The notes under the pieces are model-generated. The model ran no database searches. It saw only the letters and a list, made by a program, of their open reading frames with translations, and was not told where the DNA came from. Both the position numbers and the translations under genes were made by a program. A stretch of 64,000 bases of DNA, taken from the NCBI GenBank assembly GCA_963811305.1, contig CAWEQU010000008.1, forward strand, positions 166,587 to 230,586, given 5' to 3'. Below, piece after piece: positions 20,465-30,996 of this stretch (the stretch's first letter is position 1; each line of letters begins with the position of its first letter). This DNA is from an uncultured Chloroflexia bacterium. GTDB taxonomy: Bacteria > Chloroflexota > Chloroflexia > QHBQ01 > JADMIH01.

Positions 20465-20719
20465 ATGATGAGCGCCAATGCACTGGAAATCTACAAACAA
20501 TATATCAAGTCGCTCCCGCCTGCCGAGCGGTTGCGCCTCCTGGCTCTCATGGCGCGTGACCTGGCCTCTGAGACGTCTCAGGTCGGGCACGGTGCGGACA
20601 GGAGCATAATGGAGCTACACGGTCTGGGCAAGTATATCTGGGAAGGCGTAGATGCTGGGGACTATGTGAGCGGGCTGCGAGCCGAATGGTCTGATGACCG
20701 CCCTGCCAATGAAGCTTGA
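20465..20719 (+). CDS. Putative antitoxin
   Basis: LPPAERLRLL..RSIMELHGLGKYIWEGVDA.DYVSGLRAEW, typical of PIN-associated antitoxins. Confidence 0.65.
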   Translation: MMSANALEIYKQYIKSLPPAERLRLLALMARDLASETSQVGHGADRSIMELHGLGKYIWEGVDAGDYVSGLRAEWSDDRPANEA

Positions 20720-20777
20720 TGACGCGCTGTCGGGAATTACGCGCCCGTCACCCAACCTACCCATTCAAGCCATCTAG
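20709..20777 (+). pseudogene. 5' stub of a PIN-type toxin
   Basis: Overlaps the antitoxin stop; MKLDDALSGITR resembles a PIN toxin start, then runs into the fchA end. Confidence 0.4.
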
Positions 20778-21332
20778 CTCATCTTTTACGCGGCTGACGA
20801 AATCGCTGTCGGTGATGCTGCCCAGGTTTATCTCTACGTTGGCGACCGCGCCTTCACGTGCAGCGTCAGCGAGCAGGCGCGCTACTCTCGCGTCGGAGGC
20901 GACGTTGGGGTTGCTCTTCTGAATGGCTATAATCGCAAGATGCGAAGTCTCCATAGCGGCCTGGGCGACACCTAGAGGCACTTCGGTGGCCTGCTTAAGT
21001 GCTGCCTGGATTGCGGCGGTACGCTCTGCCTTCTCGGCATCGGTAGCGCGGGGCAGCTTGTAGGACTGGCTAACGGCATTGTAAGCTTCGGTGTCCTCGT
21101 CAACGGCGGCAAGGAGTTTCTCTCGTAACACCCCTGCCCGCTCCAACACAACTTTCAGCTGCTCCTCGACATCGCGGAACTTCTCACGCCCCACTGTGAG
21201 GTTGCAAGCCATCTCCACCATAGAGGCCGCCATCGCACCCGCAAGCGCACTGGCGCTCCCCCCACCAGGCGTCGGGTTGTCAGAGGCAAGCTGCCCCACA
21301 AAGTCCTCCACAGTCAGCTTGATAAGTGCCAT
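20757..21332 (-). CDS. fchA: Formimidoyl/methenyl-THF cyclodeaminase-cyclohydrolase
   Basis: LASDNPTPGGGSASA, DEDTEAY, NVEINL. Confidence 0.88.
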   Translation of the reverse strand: MALIKLTVEDFVGQLASDNPTPGGGSASALAGAMAASMVEMACNLTVGREKFRDVEEQLKVVLERAGVLREKLLAAVDEDTEAYNAVSQSYKLPRATDAEKAERTAAIQAALKQATEVPLGVAQAAMETSHLAIIAIQKSNPNVASDARVARLLADAAREGAVANVEINLGSITDSDFVSRVKDELDGLNG

Positions 21333-21463
21333 CAGACCCTCCAAAGTCTAAAGTCCAAGGTCCCAAGTCCAAAGTTCTATATCTCAAAACCTCAAAAACC
21401 TCTGCGAACTCTGCGTCTCTGCGGTGAATTAATCCGCACTCCGCACTCCACATTCCGCATTCG

Positions 21464-22333
21464 TCAGTGCCCCCAATCGCGTGGATACCTGAAATCTATC
21501 CCAGGGGTGCGGGAACCGACCTTTGCTATAATCGGCGTCATGCGCTTGAATTGCATGTTGCGCACCGTCTTGACTACCCGCTCGACCAGGGCCTTATCGA
21601 AACCCATGCTTATCACCCGCTCAGGGTCGAGCCGCTCGTCTACTAACAGATAGAGCGCCTGATCTACCAGGTCGTACTGTAAGCCCATCTCGGCTTCGTC
21701 CGTCTGGCCAGGCCAGAGGTCGGCGCTCGGTTTCTTCTCCAGGATGGGCGCAGGCACGCCAACAAACTTTGACAGGGCGCGCACCTGCGTCTTATACAGA
21801 TCACCTAGAGGCTGGATCGAGGCTGCACTGTCGCCGTACCAGGTGGTATAGCCGAGTAAGTATTCGGTCTTATTAGAAGTGCCGAGCACCAGCGCCTTTT
21901 CCTCGGAGGAGCGATCAAACACCGCCACCATCCTCAGGCGCGCCAGCACGTTTCCCCTTCGCAGATTGCTCATCTCGTCGTAATGGCCGAACAACGGCTC
22001 TGCCATTGGAGTTATGTCAATCTTGTCGTGCGCCAAACCTAGCTGCTCTATCAACAGGCGGGCGTGGCCCTCGCTCTCCGGGCTGCTCGTCTTATACGGC
22101 AGGATAAGCCCCAGGACATTCTCAGGCCCCAGGGCTTCAGCCGCCAGCGTAGCCGCCAGCGCAGAATCTATCCCCCCTGAGAGTCCCAGGACGATCTTAT
22201 TGAACCCGAACTTGCGCGTCTCGTTGCGTATGAACTCCACCAGCAAACGCTGCGTCAAAGCAGGCTGTATCGCCAGCCGGTCCACGACGCTGCGCTCATT
22301 TACCGAGATAGCTGCCTTCTGCCCATGCTCCAT
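21464..22333 (-). CDS. nadE: NAD+ synthetase
   Basis: LGLSGGIDS, GNVLARLRM, GTSNKTE, DLYKTQV, PSADLWPGQTDE. Confidence 0.95.
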   Translation of the reverse strand: MEHGQKAAISVNERSVVDRLAIQPALTQRLLVEFIRNETRKFGFNKIVLGLSGGIDSALAATLAAEALGPENVLGLILPYKTSSPESEGHARLLIEQLGLAHDKIDITPMAEPLFGHYDEMSNLRRGNVLARLRMVAVFDRSSEEKALVLGTSNKTEYLLGYTTWYGDSAASIQPLGDLYKTQVRALSKFVGVPAPILEKKPSADLWPGQTDEAEMGLQYDLVDQALYLLVDERLDPERVISMGFDKALVERVVKTVRNMQFKRMTPIIAKVGSRTPGIDFRYPRDWGH

Positions 22334-22503
22334 CTACATAACCTCTTTGTGAAACGTGATGCGTGATGCGTGAGTGTAATTCGTAATTCGTAATTCGTAA
22401 TTCCCAAATACCCTCTGCGCTCTCTGCGCCTCTGCGGTGAACCATAAAAATCTTGGCGTTCTTGGTTCCCTTGGCGTCTTGGCGTTTAGATGAATAGATA
22501 AGG

Positions 22504-23388
22504 CTAACTGTATCGTTCGGACACGATACGCTCAAGCTCGCGTAGCACAAGCTCTGGGCGCTCGTCCCTCAGTAACGGGAGACTGCGGCGCTTGAAGCGG
22601 ACCAACTCAGGGGTAACCGTAGCCGTCACCAGGCACTCTTCAAAGTGCTCTCCCCTCACCAGGAAGTCGCCATCCGGCGCGATAACGGTGCTGTAGCCCC
22701 CGAAAGCCACCCCATCCTCGTATCCCACCCTGTTGCAGTGGAAGACGAAGGTGGTGAACAGTTCTGCGTACATGCGATGTGCCATGCTTACGCTGTAGTT
22801 GGTATCGAGGTAATCGTCGCCCGGCTTCACACCTCGGCCCGGACCCGCCGCCACGAGCAGCAGTGTATCGGCCCCATCCAGCCAGAGGAGGTAAGGGAGC
22901 GACAAATGCCAGAAGTCCTCGCATACCAGCATCCCCATCCGCCCGAAACGCGTATCGAAGGCGCGCACCTGCCGCCCCATGCCAACATAGCGCATATCAT
23001 CGAACATGCCATAAGTCGGCAGGTAGACCTTGCGGTGGATGTGCTTTATCTCACCCTCGCCAATGTACGCCTGCGCGATGTAATGCACGTAGCGGTCGTC
23101 CTCCTCAACGAAGCCCACGCAGATGTCCATCTTGTGCTTCTTCGAAGCGTCGAGCAGCTTTTGCAGCGGCGGGGCGGGCGGCGACACGCACATCCCAATC
23201 TGGTTCGTGATGTCCTGTAAGTAATAGCCTGTCAGGCTCAGTTCAGGGAATATAAGCAGGGAAGCGCCCGCCTCCCTCGCCCGTTCTACATACTCAAGGT
23301 GCTTGGTGAGATTGCAGTCCAGGTCACCCAATGTAACGTCTATCTGGGCGAGCGCGACTGTATAGGGTTCGTGTGAAGGTTGTGCCAT
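22504..23388 (-). CDS. Nitrilase-family amidase (probable glutaminase partner of NadE)
   Basis: FPELSLTGY, HRKVYLPTYGMFD, VCEDFWH catalytic E-K-C. Confidence 0.88.
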   Translation of the reverse strand: MAQPSHEPYTVALAQIDVTLGDLDCNLTKHLEYVERAREAGASLLIFPELSLTGYYLQDITNQIGMCVSPPAPPLQKLLDASKKHKMDICVGFVEEDDRYVHYIAQAYIGEGEIKHIHRKVYLPTYGMFDDMRYVGMGRQVRAFDTRFGRMGMLVCEDFWHLSLPYLLWLDGADTLLLVAAGPGRGVKPGDDYLDTNYSVSMAHRMYAELFTTFVFHCNRVGYEDGVAFGGYSTVIAPDGDFLVRGEHFEECLVTATVTPELVRFKRRSLPLLRDERPELVLRELERIVSERYS

Positions 23389-23583
23389 GTGGGCTTGCTC
23401 ACTGGGTAAGTTTCAACAGCATTATACAGTGACGAGTGACGAGTGACCAGTAGCAGTCAGGGCTTGGTCCTTCTCTCTATGCAGCGAGAGCACCATGCGG
23501 CCCAAAACCTAACCTCACATAAGCATCCCTTAACATGTGAGGTTAGGTTCTAAGAAGCTATGTAAGAACAATCCCCCTTTACC

Positions 23584-23868
23584 TGTCATTCCGAACGGAG
23601 TGAGGAATCTCCGAGCTTGGACGTGTGAAGAGAGTTTTAAATTCTTCGCTTCGCTCAGTGGTGCATCTTGCAAGTACGTGCAAGAAATCAGAAAGAACAT
23701 GTCATTCTGAACGAAGTGAAGAATTTAAAGATGATCGAAGCAAGGGAGCTTCGAATGAACAGTACAGGTTGGTCAAATTTTTAGATTCTTCACTTCGTTC
23801 AGAATGACACTCATACAATTCCACTCTTCATGTACATCACTTGCAAGATGCACCACTCAGAATGACAG
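23584..23868. repeat. REP-like TGTCATTCTGAACGAAGTGAAGAAT inverted repeats
   Basis: Copies at about 23584 and 23700; inverted copies at about 23640, 23783 and 23857. Confidence 0.7.
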
Positions 23869-23947
23869 GAAGGATGGTGCTTCGTTATCCAAATGATGCC
23901 TATAGAGCAGAGCGTTCGCGGCACTCCACCCACCTCCGGGACAAGTA

Positions 23948-25135
23948 TCAGGCTCGCGCTGGAGCGTGTCGGGTAGCCAGCACGAGAAGCTCGTCCACGA
24001 TAGCATCGGCAGCGCCTGGCTTAGCAAGCCTGGAAGCGCCCTCCCGCATACGTGCGAGCCTGGCACTATCAGCTAAGAGATTGCAAACGGTCTCTATCAG
24101 AAGATCGGGAGTGAGGTCGTTCTGCAACATGACGATCGCGCCCCCTTCCTTTTCCAGGGCACGAGCGTTAGCCTCTTGCTCCCCACCTGCCGCCCCCGGC
24201 AGGGGCACCAGGATGGAAGGCTTGCCGAGGTTGGCAAGCTCATTCACAGTGCCCGCACCGGCGCGTCCCAGCACCAACGAGGAGAGCGCGTATACATCCC
24301 CTAGCTCCTCTCCCACATACGCCTGCACTTTGTAGCGCGCCTGCAATGGTGCCAGCAGTTCCTCTTGGGCTTTCTGAAGCATACGCAGGTCGTCGCCTGA
24401 GCCATCGGGGCCTTCTCCGCACTGGTAAATCACCTGGCAGCACTCCAGCAGTCGCGGTAGCGCGTCTCTCACGGCCATGTTGATGGCGTGGGAGCCTTGC
24501 GCGCCGCCCGTAATATAAAGGGTTGGCACACTCGTCTCAAGCTCGAACCACGCTGCGCCACGCTCAGCATCGCCTCTTAGAATCGCCGAGCGCACAGGAT
24601 TGCCTGTGACAATAACCTTGCCAGGCTTGAAGTAGCGCGCAGATTGTGGGTAGCTGACGGCCACCTTTGTAGCGAACCGCCCCGCTATGCGGTTGGCAAG
24701 CCCCACAAGGGCAGTCTGCTCGTGCGTCAAGGACGGGATGCGCAACACGCGCCCGGCGGCTACAGTCGGCACGCACACGTAGCCGCCCGTGCTGAATATG
24801 GCATCGGGCCGGAACCGGCGCACGGCACGGAAAGCCTGCAAGCCGCCGAATGGCAGCCTGACCAGCAAATCAACTGGCGTCTGGGGGGATATGTAGCGGC
24901 GCAGCTTGCCCGTCTGAATTGCCCGGTAGGGCACGTCCAGCCCCTGCATAGTGCGGCGCTCTATGCCCGCCACGCTGCCGATATAGAGCAGATCAAGCCG
25001 CCATCCCTCGGAGGCGCTACGCTCGCGCAGGCGCTCTATGACTGCAACCGCGGGGCTGACGTGCCCGCCGGTGCCGCCCCCGGTGATGATTAGCTTGATG
25101 CTGTCGAGTGTTGGCTTTTGGGTGCTGAATGTCAA
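23948..25135 (-). CDS. murG: Undecaprenyl-PP-MurNAc-pentapeptide GlcNAc transferase
   Basis: TGGGTGGHVSP, STGGYV, HEQ, TGNPVR, GGAQGS, RAGAGT..E, Q.ANA. Confidence 0.95.
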   Translation of the reverse strand: MTFSTQKPTLDSIKLIITGGGTGGHVSPAVAVIERLRERSASEGWRLDLLYIGSVAGIERRTMQGLDVPYRAIQTGKLRRYISPQTPVDLLVRLPFGGLQAFRAVRRFRPDAIFSTGGYVCVPTVAAGRVLRIPSLTHEQTALVGLANRIAGRFATKVAVSYPQSARYFKPGKVIVTGNPVRSAILRGDAERGAAWFELETSVPTLYITGGAQGSHAINMAVRDALPRLLECCQVIYQCGEGPDGSGDDLRMLQKAQEELLAPLQARYKVQAYVGEELGDVYALSSLVLGRAGAGTVNELANLGKPSILVPLPGAAGGEQEANARALEKEGGAIVMLQNDLTPDLLIETVCNLLADSARLARMREGASRLAKPGAADAIVDELLVLATRHAPARA

Positions 25136-25836
25136 GACCAGGCTGTCCCCACCCTGAAGTTGTGTGCACCAGTATAGCACAACCAAAATACGCCCCAAAC
25201 GACCAATTTTGGACCAATTTTGGAAAAAGCCCCAAAATCATGTCCCATTTTGCCCCCGAAAAGGGATTAAGTTAATAGAGATGCATTTCCGACCTCGCCA
25301 GTCGCAGTCGAGGTCCAACCCCAAGGGTCCCGCTGGTGTCCCTGTCGTCGAGGGAATTACACTCTCCCTCGGCACCCCCGAAAAGGAGGTCTCAGCCTAG
25401 AATTTAGAGTACGAAGTAGCGAGTGCCACCTCGCAATCACTCCGCACTCCGCACTCCGCACTCCACATTCGACCCCCGGGCACAGCGCAGGTCAATCCGT
25501 ACCTGGTAGGAGCGCCATGCCCATAGCTCACCGTCTTGGGTGCTGTCGTAGTGGTGGTAGAGGTAAAGGTGAACACGAACAGAATAATCATCAGGGAGCT
25601 ACAAGGGTGCTACACGGCACGAGCCAGCCCGCGCAGGCGGGCTTCGTAGGAGTAGCCCGCGGATTCATCCGCCGGGCGGCCCCCACAAATGTAGTCAAAC
25701 CCCACATCTGATGCTTATCCTGTGACCATTCACCCCACAACCACACCACCCCGCACCCCAGGCATAGAGATAAATCACCAGGAACCAGTTGCGGCACAGG
25801 GACACCAAACCCTACCACCGACAACCCAACGCGCCC

Positions 25837-25865
25837 GTAGGGGCATGGCGACGCCATGCCCCTAT
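25837..25865. repeat. GTAG-type REP palindrome (relatives at about 25505, 25620-25680 and 30128-30156)
   Basis: GTAGGGGCATGGCG-ACGCCATGCCCCTA; GTAGGGGCGTGCCG-GCGGCACGCCCCTAC. Confidence 0.7.
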
Positions 25866-25922
25866 CACCCCTACCTCCGCACTCCGAACGATAGACGATA
25901 GACGATAGGGGATAATCCGCTC

Positions 25923-28277
25923 TTAGCGAAGCCGAGAGGTGGTGGTGAGACCTTCCTGGATAGAGGACTGGCCCATCAGATTGTCTGTAGTGATGAGTGC
26001 GGCTTCTTTGGGTGAGAGGGAATCTGTAATAGTAACCATCCCGTCCATCCTATCCCGCGATAATTCGCTTACAGTTAGATGACCGGTGGTGATGGTCGCT
26101 TCCTTCATTGAGTTGGAAGCCTCGTATGACACCAACTGATTACGCCCGTGGGCCTTTGCATGGTAGAGCGCCGCGTCGGCCTGCTCTATCAGGCTGCTGG
26201 CGGTAGCCGATGGGAAGGGGTAGGACGAGATGCCCTGGCTTATAGTTGGGTTGGGAATTAGCTGCCCGTGCCCATCCACTGGATATAGCTCGGAAACGGC
26301 GCGGCGTATCAGCCTTGCCACCTTCTTCGCCTCGGTGAGGCCAACGCCGGTCAGCAACACCCCGAACTCTTCGCCGCCCCACCGCCCTACGTAGTCGGTG
26401 TCGCGCACGCTACTCTTGAGGGCGTTGGCTACCATGCGCAGCACGTTGTCCCCCGCCACGTGGCCGTAGGTGTCGTTGTACTTTTTGAAGTGGTCTATGT
26501 CGAGCATGATGAGCGCGACCTGGCTGTCGTCCGAGTCCAACTCGACAACCGCTTTACGAACGAGGTCCACGAAGCAGCCGTGGTTATAGACTTTGGTAAG
26601 GCTATCGAACTGGGCCTGGTTCTGGGCGAACTGGTGCAGCTTGGCATTTTCGAGCGCCATCGCCGTTTGCGCGGCCAGGGCCATCAACAGACGCTCATCG
26701 TGGCTGTCGAACGCCATAGGCTCGACACACTGCACGGAGATGACACCCACCACCCGCTCTTCCGTCACCATCGGCACGCCGAGGTATGAGAGCATTTCCA
26801 CGCCCGTCTTCTTGGCGATAAGATTGTACGTATCTCCATACGTTAGCCAGTCCTGTATCAGCAGGGACTCCCCGGTCTGTATGATGTGCCCCGTAAGGCC
26901 GCCGTTCTCCATAGAGGCCCGCATCTTGGGCATTACATGGTCTTGCTCCTTGAACATCTCAAAGGAGATCATCTCATTTTCCTGGTCATACAGCGCGATG
27001 TAATAGGCATCAGGGTTGAGAAGCTTCTCGATGTTGCCCGCCGTGCGCTTGACAATCTCGTCCCTGGAAAGGGTCGAGCCGGTCTGTAGACCAACGTCAT
27101 ATAGCGGGCTCATTTCGTTCGCCATGCGCTGCGCGTTGCATACCAGCCTGGCGCGCTCTACCGCGAGGCCCGCCTGTGAAGCAATCGCGGTCATAAGCTC
27201 GTGGTACTCAGGCGTCATAGGCTTCTGAACGTCGAACGATAGGCTGATAGCGCCAAGCACCTTAGCCTCGGTCTTGATAGGATAGACGTATGCCGATTTG
27301 GTGGCAGGGCTTAGCGACAACGTCTCCACTCCAGGATACCGCCGCACATCCTCTATCACCAGTGGCTCGCCCCGCTCGAAGATAGTCGCCAGGCCAGGCA
27401 TCGAGGCGCTCACGTCACGCAATTTCCGCAGCATCCCAGGGGGGATGCCCGCGCTGGCTTTTATCTCTACTTTGCCGTCCCGGTTGACTATCCCTACCAG
27501 GCAGATGGAGGCCTTCTGCAGCGACTTGAGGGTAGCCGCCAGGTATTGCAGCACCGAATCCTCATCCATGATATTGCCCAGGCCATTGGCGATGTCGTAA
27601 AGAGAGCGCAGGTCTTGCAGGCTGGCTGTCTATCCGGGCGTTTCGCTGGTGGATGAGACTGCGACACTCTGTTGGCTAGATAGGTAGTCAGCATGAGTAT
27701 CGAAGAGACGATAAGGGTGTAGAGGGCATAAGTTGTGGGGGTCGCAAATTCGGAGGAGTAATATTGCCCGAAGGACCCTCCGAAACGAGGCAATATCTCA
27801 TACGCCTCAAGCAAAGCGAGGCCACAGTAAGACCCAATCGCTAACGCCCCTGTGCGGTAAACGCCTGTGGGGTTCATCAGGATGATCGACATCAAGCACC
27901 GCCAGCGGGTAGAGGATGAAGAGAGGGGTAAGTACGCCGCCGACGAAATAGATTGCGAGGGTGCAGAGTATGATCTTCTCTGGCATCTGAAGCTGCCGTA
28001 TGAGGTTGGTATAGCGCGCCCCACCCTCCCCTCGCAGCATGAAGCTATATACCCATGTAATGAAGAGGTAAGCTATATTTACAGTGTAAAGCCCAACTAT
28101 TGGCGCAAGGTCAATAAGCTCCGTAGAGGTACTAATCACCAGTACCAGCAGGAGCAATAAGCCTATTCTGTAGCGCATACTGATCAGCCACCGGAGTGTC
28201 TGGACCTCTCCCTCCGGCAGTGTTGGCGCTTCAAACCTATGCAATAGCTTTCCTAGCCACATATTCCGTAATTGCAT
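25923..28277 (-). CDS. Membrane GAF-GAF diguanylate cyclase, frameshifts near 27630 and 27890
   Basis: N-terminal TM helices, two GAF domains, DIDHFKKYNDTYGHVAGD, RWGGEEF. Confidence 0.88.
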
Positions 28278-28510
28278 ACTTAACCTCTGGGTAGTAAAAA
28301 AGATTCGGCCATGTACCACATGGCGCGCCCCGAAAGCATTACGTAACTATAAAACAGTCGGCAGCGCAACCTTTTCGCCCCACTATCTAAATAGTAAAGG
28401 TATGAGTCACGGTAGTCAATAGGATTACGTTCCTATGGGGGTCCTATATAAGGGCCATTAAGGATTAGCCCTTATAATGGTCATATAGCTATGAAAGGTC
28501 ACTCAGAAAG

Positions 28511-29371
28511 ATGAATCGACAGCCAAGAACGCGTAATTTAACGAACGGGCATGAGCAGACCCACACCCACACCCAGACACAGCCAGGCTTCACCGAAGAT
28601 GCTGAAGGCGCTACGCTCGATAGCGGTGCCTCGGTATGCCGCTTCAATGCGCAAAAAGGGGGACGACTGGAGCGGTGGCAGTGGCGCACTCGCCCACCCC
28701 GCGAGGCTCAGAACCCGACGACGCGGCATGACCCTGCGAAGATGCTTGACCTTGTCGTGCCGGATGGCGGCGCGCTGGTAGACCACTTTCTCCCTCTTGG
28801 CACGAAGCCTGACGAAGTCGCCGCAGGCAGCCACCAGGAATACGGTGACTTCGCAGATAACCCGTTTCGGAGCCAGACGGTGGATAGCGGCGGGGAGATA
28901 AGGATAGGTCTGCTACGAGATGGGACAATCCAGGCGGGCAAGCGCACGGCAGAGGTGCGCCTTGCGAAGAGCGCGGCCCTGCGCCACGGAGGGAGCGACC
29001 TGGCTGTGCTCTACCGCGTCATCAACGCCAGCCTGCGCCCCATGCAGATACTCTTCGCGGTGGAGTTCAACCTTTACGCGCCCGGCCTCGATAAGCCTGG
29101 AAGCGAGCAGGCAGGGTACTATTTGCTGGACAATGCCCGCCCAGAGGACCCAACCCTAAAGTCGTCAGGGGTTTCCCCCAACGTTACACACGTGGCGCTG
29201 GTGAACCCGGAGGGCGAGATGGCGCTCCAATTAGGTTGGGACCGCGAGTGCGATCTCTGGCGGATGCCCGATCCCGGTGGAGGGCCAGGTGTGCGCCTCC
29301 TCTCCATCTGGCGGCTCCAGCTTCCCCCAAAGGACAACTGGGCGATGGGGCTGTGGCTCGCGCCAGGATAG
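28511..29371 (+). CDS. DUF1926-like (GH57 glucanotransferase C-terminal) stand-alone domain
   Basis: ALVDHFL, EYGDF, FAVEFNL motifs. Confidence 0.55.
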   Translation: MNRQPRTRNLTNGHEQTHTHTQTQPGFTEDAEGATLDSGASVCRFNAQKGGRLERWQWRTRPPREAQNPTTRHDPAKMLDLVVPDGGALVDHFLPLGTKPDEVAAGSHQEYGDFADNPFRSQTVDSGGEIRIGLLRDGTIQAGKRTAEVRLAKSAALRHGGSDLAVLYRVINASLRPMQILFAVEFNLYAPGLDKPGSEQAGYYLLDNARPEDPTLKSSGVSPNVTHVALVNPEGEMALQLGWDRECDLWRMPDPGGGPGVRLLSIWRLQLPPKDNWAMGLWLAPG

Positions 29372-29396
29372 TAGTCGGAGAATGACGATAGACGAA

Positions 29397-30095
29397 CTAG
29401 CTACCGACTACTTTATGGTAATAATCGCACCACTCCCGCACGACGCATAACTCGCACAGGGGGCGCTGGGCTTTGCAGACTCGCCTGCCATGCGTAATCA
29501 TGTAGATGTGGAAGGGGTAGCGTTGCTCCGGCTCAAGGATAGCTTCGAGGACGGTATGCGCTTTCTCCGCGTTGGTGCGCTCGTCTATCAGCCCCAGGCG
29601 AGCGGAGACGCGGTAGACGTGAGTATCTACAGGCAGCACGGGCATACCGCAGGCGAACATCAGCACGCACGCCGCCGTCTTCGGCCCCACCCCCTTGAAC
29701 CCGCCCAGCCATGCCTTAGCTTCCTCTACAGACATCTCCGGCAGGAAACTGAGGTCGAACGAGCCGCGCTCCTCCCATATCAGGCGTAACACTTCCTGTA
29801 TCCGGGGAGCTTTGACGTTGGAGAGGCCGCCAGGCTTGATGGCGTCGGCAAGGTCGCTCGTGGGGGCGTCACGCACCTCTTCCCACGTAGGGAACCGCTG
29901 CTTCATCGCTTCGAACGCCCTGTCGCGGTTGGTGTCTGAGGTGTGCTGAGACAGGATGGTAAGCACAAGCTCGGAGAGTGGGTCAATACTGGGTCGCCAC
30001 TCCAGGTCGCCATATTGGCGGGAGAGAGCGGCGTGGACCTGTTGTACCTTTTCTTCGGGAGGAAGTTTGTGTTCTTCAATTTGCATAGGCTTCAT
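29397..30095 (-). CDS. nth: Endonuclease III family HhH-GPD glycosylase
   Basis: TILSQHT.D, GVGPKTA, PVDTHV.RV, C.AQRPLC..C.....C Fe-S motif. Confidence 0.88.
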   Translation of the reverse strand: MKPMQIEEHKLPPEEKVQQVHAALSRQYGDLEWRPSIDPLSELVLTILSQHTSDTNRDRAFEAMKQRFPTWEEVRDAPTSDLADAIKPGGLSNVKAPRIQEVLRLIWEERGSFDLSFLPEMSVEEAKAWLGGFKGVGPKTAACVLMFACGMPVLPVDTHVYRVSARLGLIDERTNAEKAHTVLEAILEPEQRYPFHIYMITHGRRVCKAQRPLCELCVVREWCDYYHKVVGS

Positions 30096-30289
30096 AACAA
30101 TCTATTGTATCACGTACATAGACACTCGTAGGGGCGTGCCGGCGGCACGCCCCTACTGTTCCTATTATGCGCCTGCACGATGCTTGCTTTTAATTGGTCA
30201 ATCTGTGCTCAATATTTGCTCAACGGACAACCCCAAGAAGCTATATAATAGGTGCGCGACGAGGAGACAGGTAATACAGAGGAGCAAAT

Positions 30290-30818
30290 ATGCCCATCCT
30301 GCAAACTGAGCGATTGATAATCCGCCCATTTACGATGAACGACCTCAACGAGGCGTATGCTGTGCTGGAAGGCCATCCCGACGTGTGGCGCTTCGACCCG
30401 GGGCGGCAGCGCACGCTTGAGGAGAGGCGCGACGCGCTACAGTACAGGATATGGGAATATGAGAACAAGGGCATAGGCTGTATGGCCGTGACGCTGAAGG
30501 AGACGGCAAGCTGGTCGGCTACGTCGGCTTGCAGCTATACCTCTTTGAGCAAGAGGGGCGCACCACCCCGGAGGTGGAGCTATTTTATAAGCTCGGCAGG
30601 TATTTCTGGGGCAAAGGTTACGCCCTGGAAGCCTGCTCCGAGATGGTGCGCTACGCCTTTGAGCAGTTGAAGCTCCCCCGCATAGTCACCTGGACCTATC
30701 GCGACAATGAGCGCTCAGTCGCCCTGCTCCGCAGGCTGGACATGCGCATCGAGCCTGCCCCGGCTACCCCGAAGACGTGATAGCCATACTCGAAAACGAT
30801 CTGATGCGTGAGACGTGA
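30290..30818 (+). CDS. RimJ/RimL-type GNAT acetyltransferase (frameshifted)
   Basis: LQTERLIIRPF; FWGKGYALEA; NERSVALLRRL. Confidence 0.8.
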
Positions 30819-30996
30819 AACGTGATTATTAAACGCCAAGACGCTAAGGGAGCAAAGAACGCAAAGATTTTAATGGTGGGTCACCGCAGAGACGCAGAGG
30901 TCGCAGAGATTTTATAGATAAGGCGGTAATTCCTATAAGAACTTGGCACTCTTGGTTATCTTGGTGTCTTGGCGCTTAATAGTCACGTTTCACGTT

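Noticed and set aside
23625-23807. Small ORF with CHSERSEE
   Set aside because: Translation of the REP-like repeat, not a gene
25397-25857. Short ORFs between murG and the GGDEF gene
   Set aside because: Built from REP and heptamer repeats, with no RBS or motif support
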